This document shows positions 1 to 8,250 of a DNA stretch of 17,819 nucleotides, in pieces. The stretch's first letter is position 1. The number at the start of each line of letters is the position of its first letter. The translations under genes and the position numbers were made by a program. The stretch spans positions 1 to 17,819 of the forward strand of contig JAWBZR010000015.1 of NCBI GenBank assembly GCA_044343545.1, read 5' to 3'. A model generated the notes under the pieces. It searched no databases and was not told where the DNA came from. It saw only the letters and a program-made list of their open reading frames with translations. This stretch comes from Candidatus Aenigmatarchaeota archaeon (lineage in GTDB: Archaea > Aenigmatarchaeota > Aenigmatarchaeia > CG10238-14).

Positions 1-89
1 AGATCAAGCTCTGATATTTTAAAATGCTGTAGATATAAACGCACGGATTTTAAAACCATTTCTATGGCTTTATCACCAGACGAACTCAT
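1..89 (-). CDS. 5' part of a hypothetical protein (MSSSGDKAIEMVLKSVRLYLQHFKISELD...), runs off the window start
   Basis: ATG at 89-87 with an open frame to position 1. A TTATAAAT TATA-like box lies roughly 25-33 nt upstream on the minus strand. Not in the ORF track because it is truncated. Confidence 0.55.
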   Translation of the reverse strand, partial: MSSSGDKAIEMVLKSVRLYLQHFKISELD

Positions 90-426
90 ACTTTTTAGTT
101 TAAACAAAAAAGTATTTATAATTAACTCACGATGAATGGTAAATGATATTGTTGTATAACTTTTTAAAAAAGAGCTTTAGAAATTTCCGTTTCCCTGCAA
201 CTTTCCTTTTATGTTTGAGTGTGTATTCATTCGTGTATAGATTGTTGGTTTCCCTTAAGATTTTCTTAAAAGGGTTTTAGTGAAGAGTTTTAGCGACTGA
301 AAGGGGGTGAAAGAGTTATGAGTTTTCGCGAAGATAAATTTTTTAGGTAAAATTATGTATTTCTCAAGGCGAGCTTGATTGATGTAAAAGGAATGTGTGT
401 TGCGTGAAAATAAGGCTCACCTACAC

Positions 427-457
427 TTAAATATCATAACAGTGTTATAATTATTAT
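427..457 (+). promoter_or_regulatory. Putative suf promoter: TATA box plus palindromic operator candidate
   Basis: TTAAATA at 427-433, about 25-30 nt before the sufB ATG, with no SD motif (leaderless-type spacing). Perfect 6-1-6 inverted repeat ATAACA-G-TGTTAT at 436-448. Confidence 0.5.
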
Positions 458-1813
458 ATGCAACTTTCGCCAAAAGATTATGTGTTCAAAACAGAAAAAG
501 GTTTGACAAAAGAAATAGTTGAAAAAATCTCTGAAATGAAACAAGAGCCGGAATGGATGAGGCAAGCTAGATTAAATGCGTTTGAGATTTTCAAGCAAAA
601 GCCAATGCCGACGTGGGGGCCGAACCTTTCAGAAATAGATTTTGATTCCATCCACTATTATGTCAAACCGATAGAAGAAAGGGTAAAGAGTTGGCAAGAA
701 CTACCTGAAGATATCTTGAGAACATTTGAAAAGTTGGGGATACCTGAAGCAGAAAGAAAATTCTTGGCAGGGGCAGGAGCTCAATTAGAGTCAGAATTCA
801 TTTATCACAACATTCGAAAAGAGCTAACCAAGCAAGGCGTTATATTCATGGATATGGATTCGGCTGTCAAGGAACATTCCGACATCGTCAGAAAATATTT
901 TGGCAAGATTGTAACAGTTAATGACAATAAATTTGCAGCTTTAAATACCGCTGTTTGGTCTGGAGGTAGTTTCATTTATGTTCCAAAAGGGGTTCGTATC
1001 AAAACGCCTTTACACGCGTTTTTTACAATTAACGCCCCTAATATCGGTCAGTTTGAAAGAACGTTGATAGTAGCTGATGAAAATAGTTTTATTCATTACA
1101 TCGAAGGTTGTACCGCACCAATACACACTTCAAACTCTTTGCATGCTGGTGTGGTAGAGATAATAGCTTTGCCAGGTTCAAGGGTGAGGTATACGACGAT
1201 TCAAAATTGGTCACGCAATGTTTATAATCTCGTCACGAAAAGAGCTATAGCGCATGAGAACTCCATAATAGAATGGATTGACTGTAACTTTGGAAGTAAG
1301 GTGACAATGAAGTATCCGTCTATATTCATGATAGGAGAAAATGCGAGAGGAGAAGTTTTATCTCTAACTTTTGCTGGTAATGGTCAAGTGCAAGACGTTG
1401 GCGCCAAGCTATTTCATATGGCTTCTAATACAAGCTCGTTGATGACATCAAAATCAATAAGTAAGGATGGAGGCAAGACAATTTATAGAGGTTTTGTAAG
1501 GGTTGAAGATGGTGCAAAGAATGTAAGATCAAATATAAAGTGTGATTCATTAATATTAGATGAAAAATCATCAACGGAAACTATACCGTGCATTGAAGGA
1601 GGTGAAAAATCCAAGATAACTCACGAGGCTACCATTGGTAAGATAGGCGAAGAGCAGTTATTTTATTTGATGTCTCGAGGTTTGAATGAGGAAGATGCAA
1701 TAGCTTTGATAATTCGTGGTTTCATAGAACCTATAGCTAAAGAGCTACCTTTAGAATTTGCCGTGGAATTAAACAGGTTTATAGAGTTGGATATGAAGGG
1801 TGCTGTGGGATGA
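458..1813 (+). CDS. sufB: Fe-S cluster assembly scaffold protein SufB
   Basis: Typical SufB segments: EPEWM, LGIPEAERKFLAG, FAALNTAVWSGGSF, GQFERTLI, YIEGCTAP, TMKYPS, CDSL, HEATIG, FYLMSRG. Confidence 0.97.
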   Translation: MQLSPKDYVFKTEKGLTKEIVEKISEMKQEPEWMRQARLNAFEIFKQKPMPTWGPNLSEIDFDSIHYYVKPIEERVKSWQELPEDILRTFEKLGIPEAERKFLAGAGAQLESEFIYHNIRKELTKQGVIFMDMDSAVKEHSDIVRKYFGKIVTVNDNKFAALNTAVWSGGSFIYVPKGVRIKTPLHAFFTINAPNIGQFERTLIVADENSFIHYIEGCTAPIHTSNSLHAGVVEIIALPGSRVRYTTIQNWSRNVYNLVTKRAIAHENSIIEWIDCNFGSKVTMKYPSIFMIGENARGEVLSLTFAGNGQVQDVGAKLFHMASNTSSLMTSKSISKDGGKTIYRGFVRVEDGAKNVRSNIKCDSLILDEKSSTETIPCIEGGEKSKITHEATIGKIGEEQLFYLMSRGLNEEDAIALIIRGFIEPIAKELPLEFAVELNRFIELDMKGAVG

Positions 1814-2832
1814 AATCTAATGAACCATCTTGGCTTCAAGATTTTAGGAAGAAAAATTGGGAGTTATTTGCAAGTTACAGCTTTCCAAAAAGTTATGAAT
1901 GGAAACATGTCTCTCTAAGCAAATTATCTTTTGATGACATAAAACCCTCATGCAACATGATTATGAAAACGAATAATTGTCTCGAGTCAAGGGATTTGAG
2001 TATGATAAAAAATTATTTAATTTTGCCAGAAGATAAATTCGAAGCTTTAAATAATGCTGTCTTTACTCCAAAAATAATTTTTGCAAAATCAAATGCTACA
2101 GTAGATATTTTTTTCAAGAGGAAAAATTTTTCAAAAATTTTCATATTTTGTGATGATACAGCAAAAATAAACGTTAAAATAAATTCTTCCGATTTTTCTA
2201 TAATTCAACTTTACTTGTACATTTCTGGAGAAGCAAAAATTGACATATTTGATAATTCCTCTGAAAACATAAATTTAATCACCGAGTGTTTTGTCAGTTT
2301 GAATGAGAATGCTTCACTGAAATGTGATTTTTCTTTGTTTGGCACTTCGCTTAATAGATTTAAAATAGAGGCTAAGCTTTTGAGAAACGCAAAGAGTGAA
2401 ATAAATGGAGTATTTTTTGGCAACAGGGAGCAGCAATTTGCTATTTCAACCATCCTCTCTCATTTAGATCAAAAAAGCGAGAGCAATGTTAAAGTAAAAG
2501 GTGTGTTGAGAGAAAAATCTTCTTCTACGGTTTATGGTTTAGTTGATGTGAGTAAGAGTGCGCAAAATGTCAAATCACGTTTGATGAATAGATTTTTGCT
2601 TTTAGACGAGGCTAAAGCCAATTCCATTCCTTCTCTGAAGATTGATGCTAATGATGTTGACGTGAAGCATAGTGTGATTGTTCAAGATTTAGATGAGGAG
2701 CAAATATTTTATTTAATGTCTAGAGGTTTGAGTAGAGCGGAAGCTAATACTTTAATAGTTAATTCATTTTTAAACGATGCCAAGATAAATAGCTTTAAAA
2801 ATCAAAAGTTTATAGAGGCGAAAATGAAATGA
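1810..2832 (+). CDS. sufD: SufD-like Fe-S assembly protein (divergent SufB/SufD family)
   Basis: C-terminal SIPSLKIDANDVDVKHS and FYLMSRGL motifs; ATGA overlap with sufB; shorter and more diverged than SufB. Confidence 0.9.
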   Translation: MKSNEPSWLQDFRKKNWELFASYSFPKSYEWKHVSLSKLSFDDIKPSCNMIMKTNNCLESRDLSMIKNYLILPEDKFEALNNAVFTPKIIFAKSNATVDIFFKRKNFSKIFIFCDDTAKINVKINSSDFSIIQLYLYISGEAKIDIFDNSSENINLITECFVSLNENASLKCDFSLFGTSLNRFKIEAKLLRNAKSEINGVFFGNREQQFAISTILSHLDQKSESNVKVKGVLREKSSSTVYGLVDVSKSAQNVKSRLMNRFLLLDEAKANSIPSLKIDANDVDVKHSVIVQDLDEEQIFYLMSRGLSRAEANTLIVNSFLNDAKINSFKNQKFIEAKMK

Positions 2833-4031
2833 ACTTTGAAAAATACAGGCGAGATTTCCCCATACTCAAGAGAAAAGTGAATGGTAAGAGACTGGTTTAT
2901 TTAGATTCAGCGGCAACCTCTCAAAAACCAAAACAAGTTATAGATGCTATGAGCAAATATTATGCTCGGTATAATGCAAATATTCATAGATCTATTCATA
3001 CGTTGGGTGAAGAAGCGACAAAGGCATATGAAGAAGCAAGAGAAGCCATAGCAAAGTTTATAAATGCAGAGCATCCGGAAGAAGTGATTTTTGTGAAAAA
3101 CACCACCGAAGCATTGAATGTTGCAGCTTTTGGTTTGAGAAATCTCATAAAAAAAGGCAAGATAGTCTTATCCGAAATGGAGCATCACAGTAACTTGGTT
3201 CCATGGCAAGAAGTTGCAAAAATAAGCAAGACAACTCTAGATTTCGTTAGTTTTGATGAAGATGGGTACTTGAACATGAATGAGTTGGAAGAAAAGGTTA
3301 AGGGAGCAAAGGTAATAGCAATCACCCAGGCATCAAATGTTTTGGGAACGATAAATCCTATTAAGGAAATTGGTGATATTGCCGAAAATTCAATAATTGT
3401 TGTTGATGGCGCGCAATCCGTTCCTCATATGCCGATTGATGTTCAAGCTTTGGGAATAGATATGATAGCATTTTCTGCTCATAAGATGCTTGGCCCTACA
3501 GGTATAGGCGTCCTATATGCGAGAAAAGAATTGCTTGAAAAAATGGAGCCTTTAATGTATGGAAGTGAAATGATAAAGGATGTTAGCTTTACAAGCTCAA
3601 GTTGGAATGATATACCATACAAGTTTGAACCGGGGACACCCAATATAGCAGGTGCAATTGGTTTTAGGGCAGCAATAGAATATTTGCAAGAGATAGGCAT
3701 GAAGAATGTGAGAATCCACGATGAAAAACTCACAGCTTATGCTTTGAGAAAATTGAAACATATGGTAAATATCATAGGACCAAAGAATGCAAGAGATAGA
3801 AGCGCTCTCATTTCCTTCACAATGGATGGCATACATCCTCACGATATAGCTGCTATCTTGAATGAGAACGGAATAGCGATAAGATCAGGCCATCATTGTG
3901 CAATGCCGTTACATAAAAAACTTGGAATAAATGCTTCTGCAAGAGCAAGCTTTTACCTTTACAATACAAAAGAAGATATCGACGCTCTTGTGGAAGGGTT
4001 AGAAAAGGTTAGAGAAGTGTTTGGAAAATGA
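2829..4031 (+). CDS. sufS: Class II (SufS-type) PLP-dependent cysteine desulfurase
   Basis: YLDSAATSQKP, EHHSNLVPW, DGAQ, SAHKMLGPTG (PLP lysine) and RSGHHCA (class II catalytic Cys); ATGA overlap with sufD. Confidence 0.97.
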   Translation: MNFEKYRRDFPILKRKVNGKRLVYLDSAATSQKPKQVIDAMSKYYARYNANIHRSIHTLGEEATKAYEEAREAIAKFINAEHPEEVIFVKNTTEALNVAAFGLRNLIKKGKIVLSEMEHHSNLVPWQEVAKISKTTLDFVSFDEDGYLNMNELEEKVKGAKVIAITQASNVLGTINPIKEIGDIAENSIIVVDGAQSVPHMPIDVQALGIDMIAFSAHKMLGPTGIGVLYARKELLEKMEPLMYGSEMIKDVSFTSSSWNDIPYKFEPGTPNIAGAIGFRAAIEYLQEIGMKNVRIHDEKLTAYALRKLKHMVNIIGPKNARDRSALISFTMDGIHPHDIAAILNENGIAIRSGHHCAMPLHKKLGINASARASFYLYNTKEDIDALVEGLEKVREVFGK

Positions 4032-4414
4032 GAGAAATTTATTCTGAAATAATCTTAGATTATTGGAAAAACCCGAAGAACAAAGGAAAGATGGAAAATG
4101 CTGATGTGGTGATTAGTGAGGCTAACCCTTTGTGTGGCGATACAATAACCCTTTATTTCAAGTTTGATGGTGAAACTATAGAGGACTTGAAGTTTGAGGG
4201 AAGCGGTTGCGTTATTTCCCAGTCAACTGCTTCTATGCTTACTGAAGTAGCTAAAGGTAAAAATATTTATGACATACTTAAGTTGGAAAGAAAAAACTTG
4301 GAAAAAATGTTGCACGTAAACTTAGCTCCTAATAGGTTAAAATGCGCTTTACTTCCACTAAAAGCTTTAAAATTAGGCATCTACAGCTATATGGGAAAAA
4401 AATATAAAAATTGA
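4028..4414 (+). CDS. sufU: SufU/IscU-family sulfur-transfer or scaffold protein
   Basis: NPLCGD (C36, D38), GCVIS (C61), RLKC (C106); no LPPVK motif; ATGA overlap with sufS. Confidence 0.92.
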   Translation: MREIYSEIILDYWKNPKNKGKMENADVVISEANPLCGDTITLYFKFDGETIEDLKFEGSGCVISQSTASMLTEVAKGKNIYDILKLERKNLEKMLHVNLAPNRLKCALLPLKALKLGIYSYMGKKYKN

Positions 4415-4420
4415 TTTTTT
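4415..4420 (+). terminator. Possible archaeal oligo-T terminator after sufU
   Basis: T6 tract directly after the sufU stop codon; weak evidence in AT-rich DNA. Confidence 0.3.
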
Positions 4421-4432
4421 ATATGTGTTTGC

Positions 4433-5095
4433 ATGTATGCTGCATTTATCCCATTTAAATCAAGAAATTGGCATTCAAGATTGGCTAGTATATTAGGTGG
4501 TGAAAGGCAAACACTAGCTTTATATGAACTTGCTCATGTGTTAAATGTTTTAAGCAGCTATGCTAGTTTATATGTAGGATTACAAGTTGGTGGATTAAGT
4601 CAAAGAGATTTAGAGAAATTTTTATTAACACATTATCAATTGTGGAGCGTAACTATAATTGAGATAACCGATGTTAATAGCGGTATTAAAAATTTTTATG
4701 AAATAATACCAGATACTACAGAAACGGTTTTTATTTGTGGCTCCGACTTGCCTAACTTGCAAATAGATGATGTAGAAGCCACTTTGAATTTTAAAGAGGA
4801 AGTAGTTTTTTCCTCTGCACCTGACGGAGGAACGCCATTTTATAGAATAAAAAAATCAGGTGGAAGATTATACGTTCCTCAATTATATGTTGACGGATAT
4901 ACCAATACTGACGTGCAAATTAGAAGGCTCGAAGGTTTAGGCATCAGTTATCGGGTAATAACAGATAGACCAGGTTTATGCAGAGATCTGGATACCGAGC
5001 AAGATCTTAAATATTTTTTAAGTTTAGGTCCTGATACACCTCCCATCAGATACTTGAGAGAATTAAAACCATTCACCTGCCAAAATTCCTTTTAA
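4433..5095 (+). CDS. CofC/FbiD-like nucleotidyltransferase (GT-A/MobA-like fold), divergent
   Basis: CofC-like motifs in the expected order: IPFK....SRL...L..ER..L, GSDLP, PDGGT, DLDTEQDL. Substrate cannot be determined from sequence. Confidence 0.7.
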   Translation: MYAAFIPFKSRNWHSRLASILGGERQTLALYELAHVLNVLSSYASLYVGLQVGGLSQRDLEKFLLTHYQLWSVTIIEITDVNSGIKNFYEIIPDTTETVFICGSDLPNLQIDDVEATLNFKEEVVFSSAPDGGTPFYRIKKSGGRLYVPQLYVDGYTNTDVQIRRLEGLGISYRVITDRPGLCRDLDTEQDLKYFLSLGPDTPPIRYLRELKPFTCQNSF

Positions 5096-5738
5096 TGCTG
5101 CTAAACCATCTTAAAGCTTTTTTAAATTCTCTCTTGCTAAAATCTGGCCATAAAGTTTTTGTGAAATATAACTCCGCATAAGCACATTGCCATAAAAGTA
5201 AATTGGATAGTCTGCAATAGCCACCAGTTCTTATTACTAAATCGACAGGTTCTGGTACAAGCAAATTTTTTTCCAATTCCTTTTCGCAAATTTTTTTGCA
5301 TTTTTTTGCAGCTTCTATTATTTCAAACTTTCCGCCATATGCAATCAAAATGTTCAATATTCTTTCATTATATTTTTTTGTCTTCGTTTCAATTTCCTTG
5401 ATAATTTTTCTCAAATCATTTGGCAATTTTTTCAAATCACCTGCAAATCTCACTCTAACCTTGTGTTTATCAATTAAACTTTCTTTTTCCTTGAATTTTT
5501 CAAACATTTTTTTAAAAAGTTCAAACAGGTGATTCAATTCTTCTTTACTTCTTTTCAAATTTTCTGTTGATAATACATAGGCAGAAACCTCTTTTATGTC
5601 TTCTTCCAGGCACCAATTTAGAAAATTTAAGAGAACCTTGGCACCTTTTTCATGACCTTCCCATTCCTTCAGTTTATTCTTTTTAGCCCACCTTCTATTA
5701 CCGTCAATTATTACGGCAATGTGTTGAGGTTTTTGCAT
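5073..5738 (-). CDS. uppS: cis-prenyltransferase (polyprenyl diphosphate synthase)
   Basis: HIAVIIDGNRRWA, STEN, YGG, IRTGG..RLSN.LLWQ..YAEL, WPDF and C-terminal RNFG. Confidence 0.96.
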   Translation of the reverse strand: MQKPQHIAVIIDGNRRWAKKNKLKEWEGHEKGAKVLLNFLNWCLEEDIKEVSAYVLSTENLKRSKEELNHLFELFKKMFEKFKEKESLIDKHKVRVRFAGDLKKLPNDLRKIIKEIETKTKKYNERILNILIAYGGKFEIIEAAKKCKKICEKELEKNLLVPEPVDLVIRTGGYCRLSNLLLWQCAYAELYFTKTLWPDFSKREFKKALRWFSSIKRNFGR

Positions 5739-5802
5739 TAAAATTAATTATGTCAAAGTTAAAAAATCTTTTTATTTAAGGCAATGTAAAATAAAAATTT
5801 AG

Positions 5803-6573
5803 ATGACAAGGTTGGTGTGTTGCTCCTCTGCAAAAGGTGGTGTAGGCAAAACAACAATCGTCTCCAATCTCGCCGCAGCTTTGGCAGATTTTGGCGAAGA
5901 GACAATAGCTATAGATGCGAATCTGTCAACACCAAATTTGGGATTACATACAGGAATGCACTTGGCACCAATTACTTTGCATCACGTACTTAGAGGCGAG
6001 TATCCTTTAAGATATACAATTTATTCTCACCCATACGGTTTCAAAATAATTCCGGCAAGTTTAAAACTTTCCGATTTGAATTCGGTTGACCCATCCAAAT
6101 TACCACAAATTACTTTTAGTCTTTTGGGCAAGGCAAGCTACATATTGTTAGATACGGCTGCGGGTTTGGGAAGAGAGGCCTTGTCAGCTTTGTCTTCGGC
6201 TGATGAATTGCTTATAGTCACCAATCCTACCTTACCTGCAGTGACAGATGCTTTAAAGCTTGCAAAGATTGCTAAAAGTACGCATATAAAATCCATAGGC
6301 GTAGTCGTTAATAGAGTAAAAAACACGCCTTATGAGTTGAGTAAAGAAGAAATAGAAGAAATACTTTCACTCCCTGTGATTTCTCAAATACCAGAAGATC
6401 CAAACGTGGAAAAGTGCATTCAGCAAAAAAAACTCTTGTTTGAGGTATGTCCAAATTCCCCCGCCGCCATAGAAATCAAAAAATTAGCAGCTTTTCTAAG
6501 CAATAGAAAGTACGAGCCACCCAAGATCAAGGAGAGTATAATTTCGAAACTTTTCAAGATACTAAGGAGTTAA
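5803..6573 (+). CDS. minD: MinD/ParA-family ATPase, archaeal MinD-like paralogue 1
   Basis: Deviant Walker A KGGVGKT, IDAN, LLDTAAGLG, VVVNRV; C-terminal amphipathic helix SIISKLFKILRS. Confidence 0.88.
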   Translation: MTRLVCCSSAKGGVGKTTIVSNLAAALADFGEETIAIDANLSTPNLGLHTGMHLAPITLHHVLRGEYPLRYTIYSHPYGFKIIPASLKLSDLNSVDPSKLPQITFSLLGKASYILLDTAAGLGREALSALSSADELLIVTNPTLPAVTDALKLAKIAKSTHIKSIGVVVNRVKNTPYELSKEEIEEILSLPVISQIPEDPNVEKCIQQKKLLFEVCPNSPAAIEIKKLAAFLSNRKYEPPKIKESIISKLFKILRS

Positions 6574-6588
6574 ATTATCAAGAGTTTG

Positions 6589-8250
6589 TTATGCGCTTTT
6601 TTCTTCAAAAATAAAGTTTAAGTTGAGTTCGCATGCGGCTATAGGCATTTCCAAGTCCCACTTTTGCAAAACTATAGGATGAATCTCTCCGAAGAAACCA
6701 ACATCCCTTCCTCTTATTATAACTTTTGCAACTCTACCTGGTATAAAACTGCTATGCTCATATTCTTCTATTATATAATTTTCTATTCCTAATTGGTCGA
6801 GAAAGCTTTCTACAAGGGATTTCATTTCGGAAAAACTTGCTTTTGCATGACAAAGAGCTATTCCAATCTTTTTTACAGTCTCAGCACCGATTTCATTATT
6901 TGATAAAATAACCACATCGCCGACTTCGAATATGTTTTGCGGGTAATCATTATGCTTGTTTCTACTCAAAACTTCAATAAGGCTGGGTAGTAGCCAATTC
7001 CTCACGGCACTATATTCAAGAGTTTTCGAGTTGGCAATTTCTGCGATTTCTTCTTCTTTTAGGTTCATTTTTTCAAATAGATTTTGCTTGTTGCTCAAAA
7101 TAAAAGTTAAAACTTCTTGAAGGTTATAGCCAACTAACAAGTTTCTTATTTTTTCTGCAAAAGCCTCTAGTGGATCTTCTTCCCCTATGGTTGCAATGTT
7201 TGGCATTTCGGCTTCGAAGTTCTCATAACCATAACCTATCGCAACGTCTTCGACGATGTCGAAGTTATGCATAATATCTGCTCTATAGCAAGGAACGTCA
7301 ACTTGTAGTATACCTTTTTTAATTACGCTACATCTATATCCCATTCTTTCCAAGCATTTTTTTATCTCCTCTTCACTTAATGACAACCCCAATATTTTGT
7401 TCACATAACCTATTTCTATTTGCATTGTCTTGGTGCTCAAGCTTGGCGTGTAAATCACTCTATCAGGATATTTTATTTTTACCTTGTAAATTTTTCCTCC
7501 CCTATCTGCGAAAGTAGTAGCTATTACGTTCAAAACCTCATTAGCAGCTTTTTCATCCAAAGCTGTGATATCTATAAACACATTTCTCGTTTTCGTTTCA
7601 AGTTTTGTATATTCCGAATTTATTATTGGTGGAAATGATAAAACCTTTCCGACAGCATCAATTATTATAGGATATCTATTTTTCTCCAGTATCCATCCAT
7701 ATTCTTTGCCTTTTGGCAAGTCACTTAATATTTCTTTTATACTCATCTCTTTCTTCTGCTCCAAAGGAATGAAGCTAAAATTTTCGTCAACCGTAGTATA
7801 TGTGATTGGGAATTTGATTTTATCAAAGTCATGCAACCCTATCGCAACTTTTTTTCTCTTTCTTCCATGTGATAACATAAGTTTCTCCTGCATTTGTATT
7901 ATAGATTTTATAAAATCATCAGAAAATTCTACACCCTTTATTACACAGCAAACAAGCACCGGTCTTATTTGCAGGACACTTTCGTCCACTATAGCCATAT
8001 ATTCGGAAGATTCTGCATGATATTCTCTTAAACCAGTTTTTATGTTGCAAAAAGATGAAAACGCTCTTGCCAATCCCTCTACTGATAGCATGTCAGGCCT
8101 GTTAGGAAATACTTCTACTTCGAATTCATCACCTTCACTCCCTTCCCAAGCAACCCCTAGCATTGGTATTTTTTCTGCAATTTCTTCAATGCTGAAATCT
8201 TTACCCACAAGCTTGCAAAAATCTTTTCTATTTACTTTAATTGTTGGCAT
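6589..8250 (-). CDS. pheT: Phenylalanyl-tRNA synthetase beta subunit (archaeal/eukaryal short type)
   Basis: MPTI start, PNRPDMLSVEG, AIGLHD, LSFPPIINS, RADIMH..DIVED.AIGYG, FGEIHP. GGGTGA SD upstream at 8262-8257. Confidence 0.97.
   Translation of the reverse strand: MPTIKVNRKDFCKLVGKDFSIEEIAEKIPMLGVAWEGSEGDEFEVEVFPNRPDMLSVEGLARAFSSFCNIKTGLREYHAESSEYMAIVDESVLQIRPVLVCCVIKGVEFSDDFIKSIIQMQEKLMLSHGRKRKKVAIGLHDFDKIKFPITYTTVDENFSFIPLEQKKEMSIKEILSDLPKGKEYGWILEKNRYPIIIDAVGKVLSFPPIINSEYTKLETKTRNVFIDITALDEKAANEVLNVIATTFADRGGKIYKVKIKYPDRVIYTPSLSTKTMQIEIGYVNKILGLSLSEEEIKKCLERMGYRCSVIKKGILQVDVPCYRADIMHNFDIVEDVAIGYGYENFEAEMPNIATIGEEDPLEAFAEKIRNLLVGYNLQEVLTFILSNKQNLFEKMNLKEEEIAEIANSKTLEYSAVRNWLLPSLIEVLSRNKHNDYPQNIFEVGDVVILSNNEIGAETVKKIGIALCHAKASFSEMKSLVESFLDQLGIENYIIEEYEHSSFIPGRVAKVIIRGRDVGFFGEIHPIVLQKWDLEMPIAACELNLNFIFEEKSA

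Noticed and set aside
143..280. 45-codon plus-strand ORF (MILLYNFLKK...) upstream of sufB as a sufC remnant
   Set aside because: No Walker A or ABC signature similarity and no convincing SD; compatible with a chance ORF.
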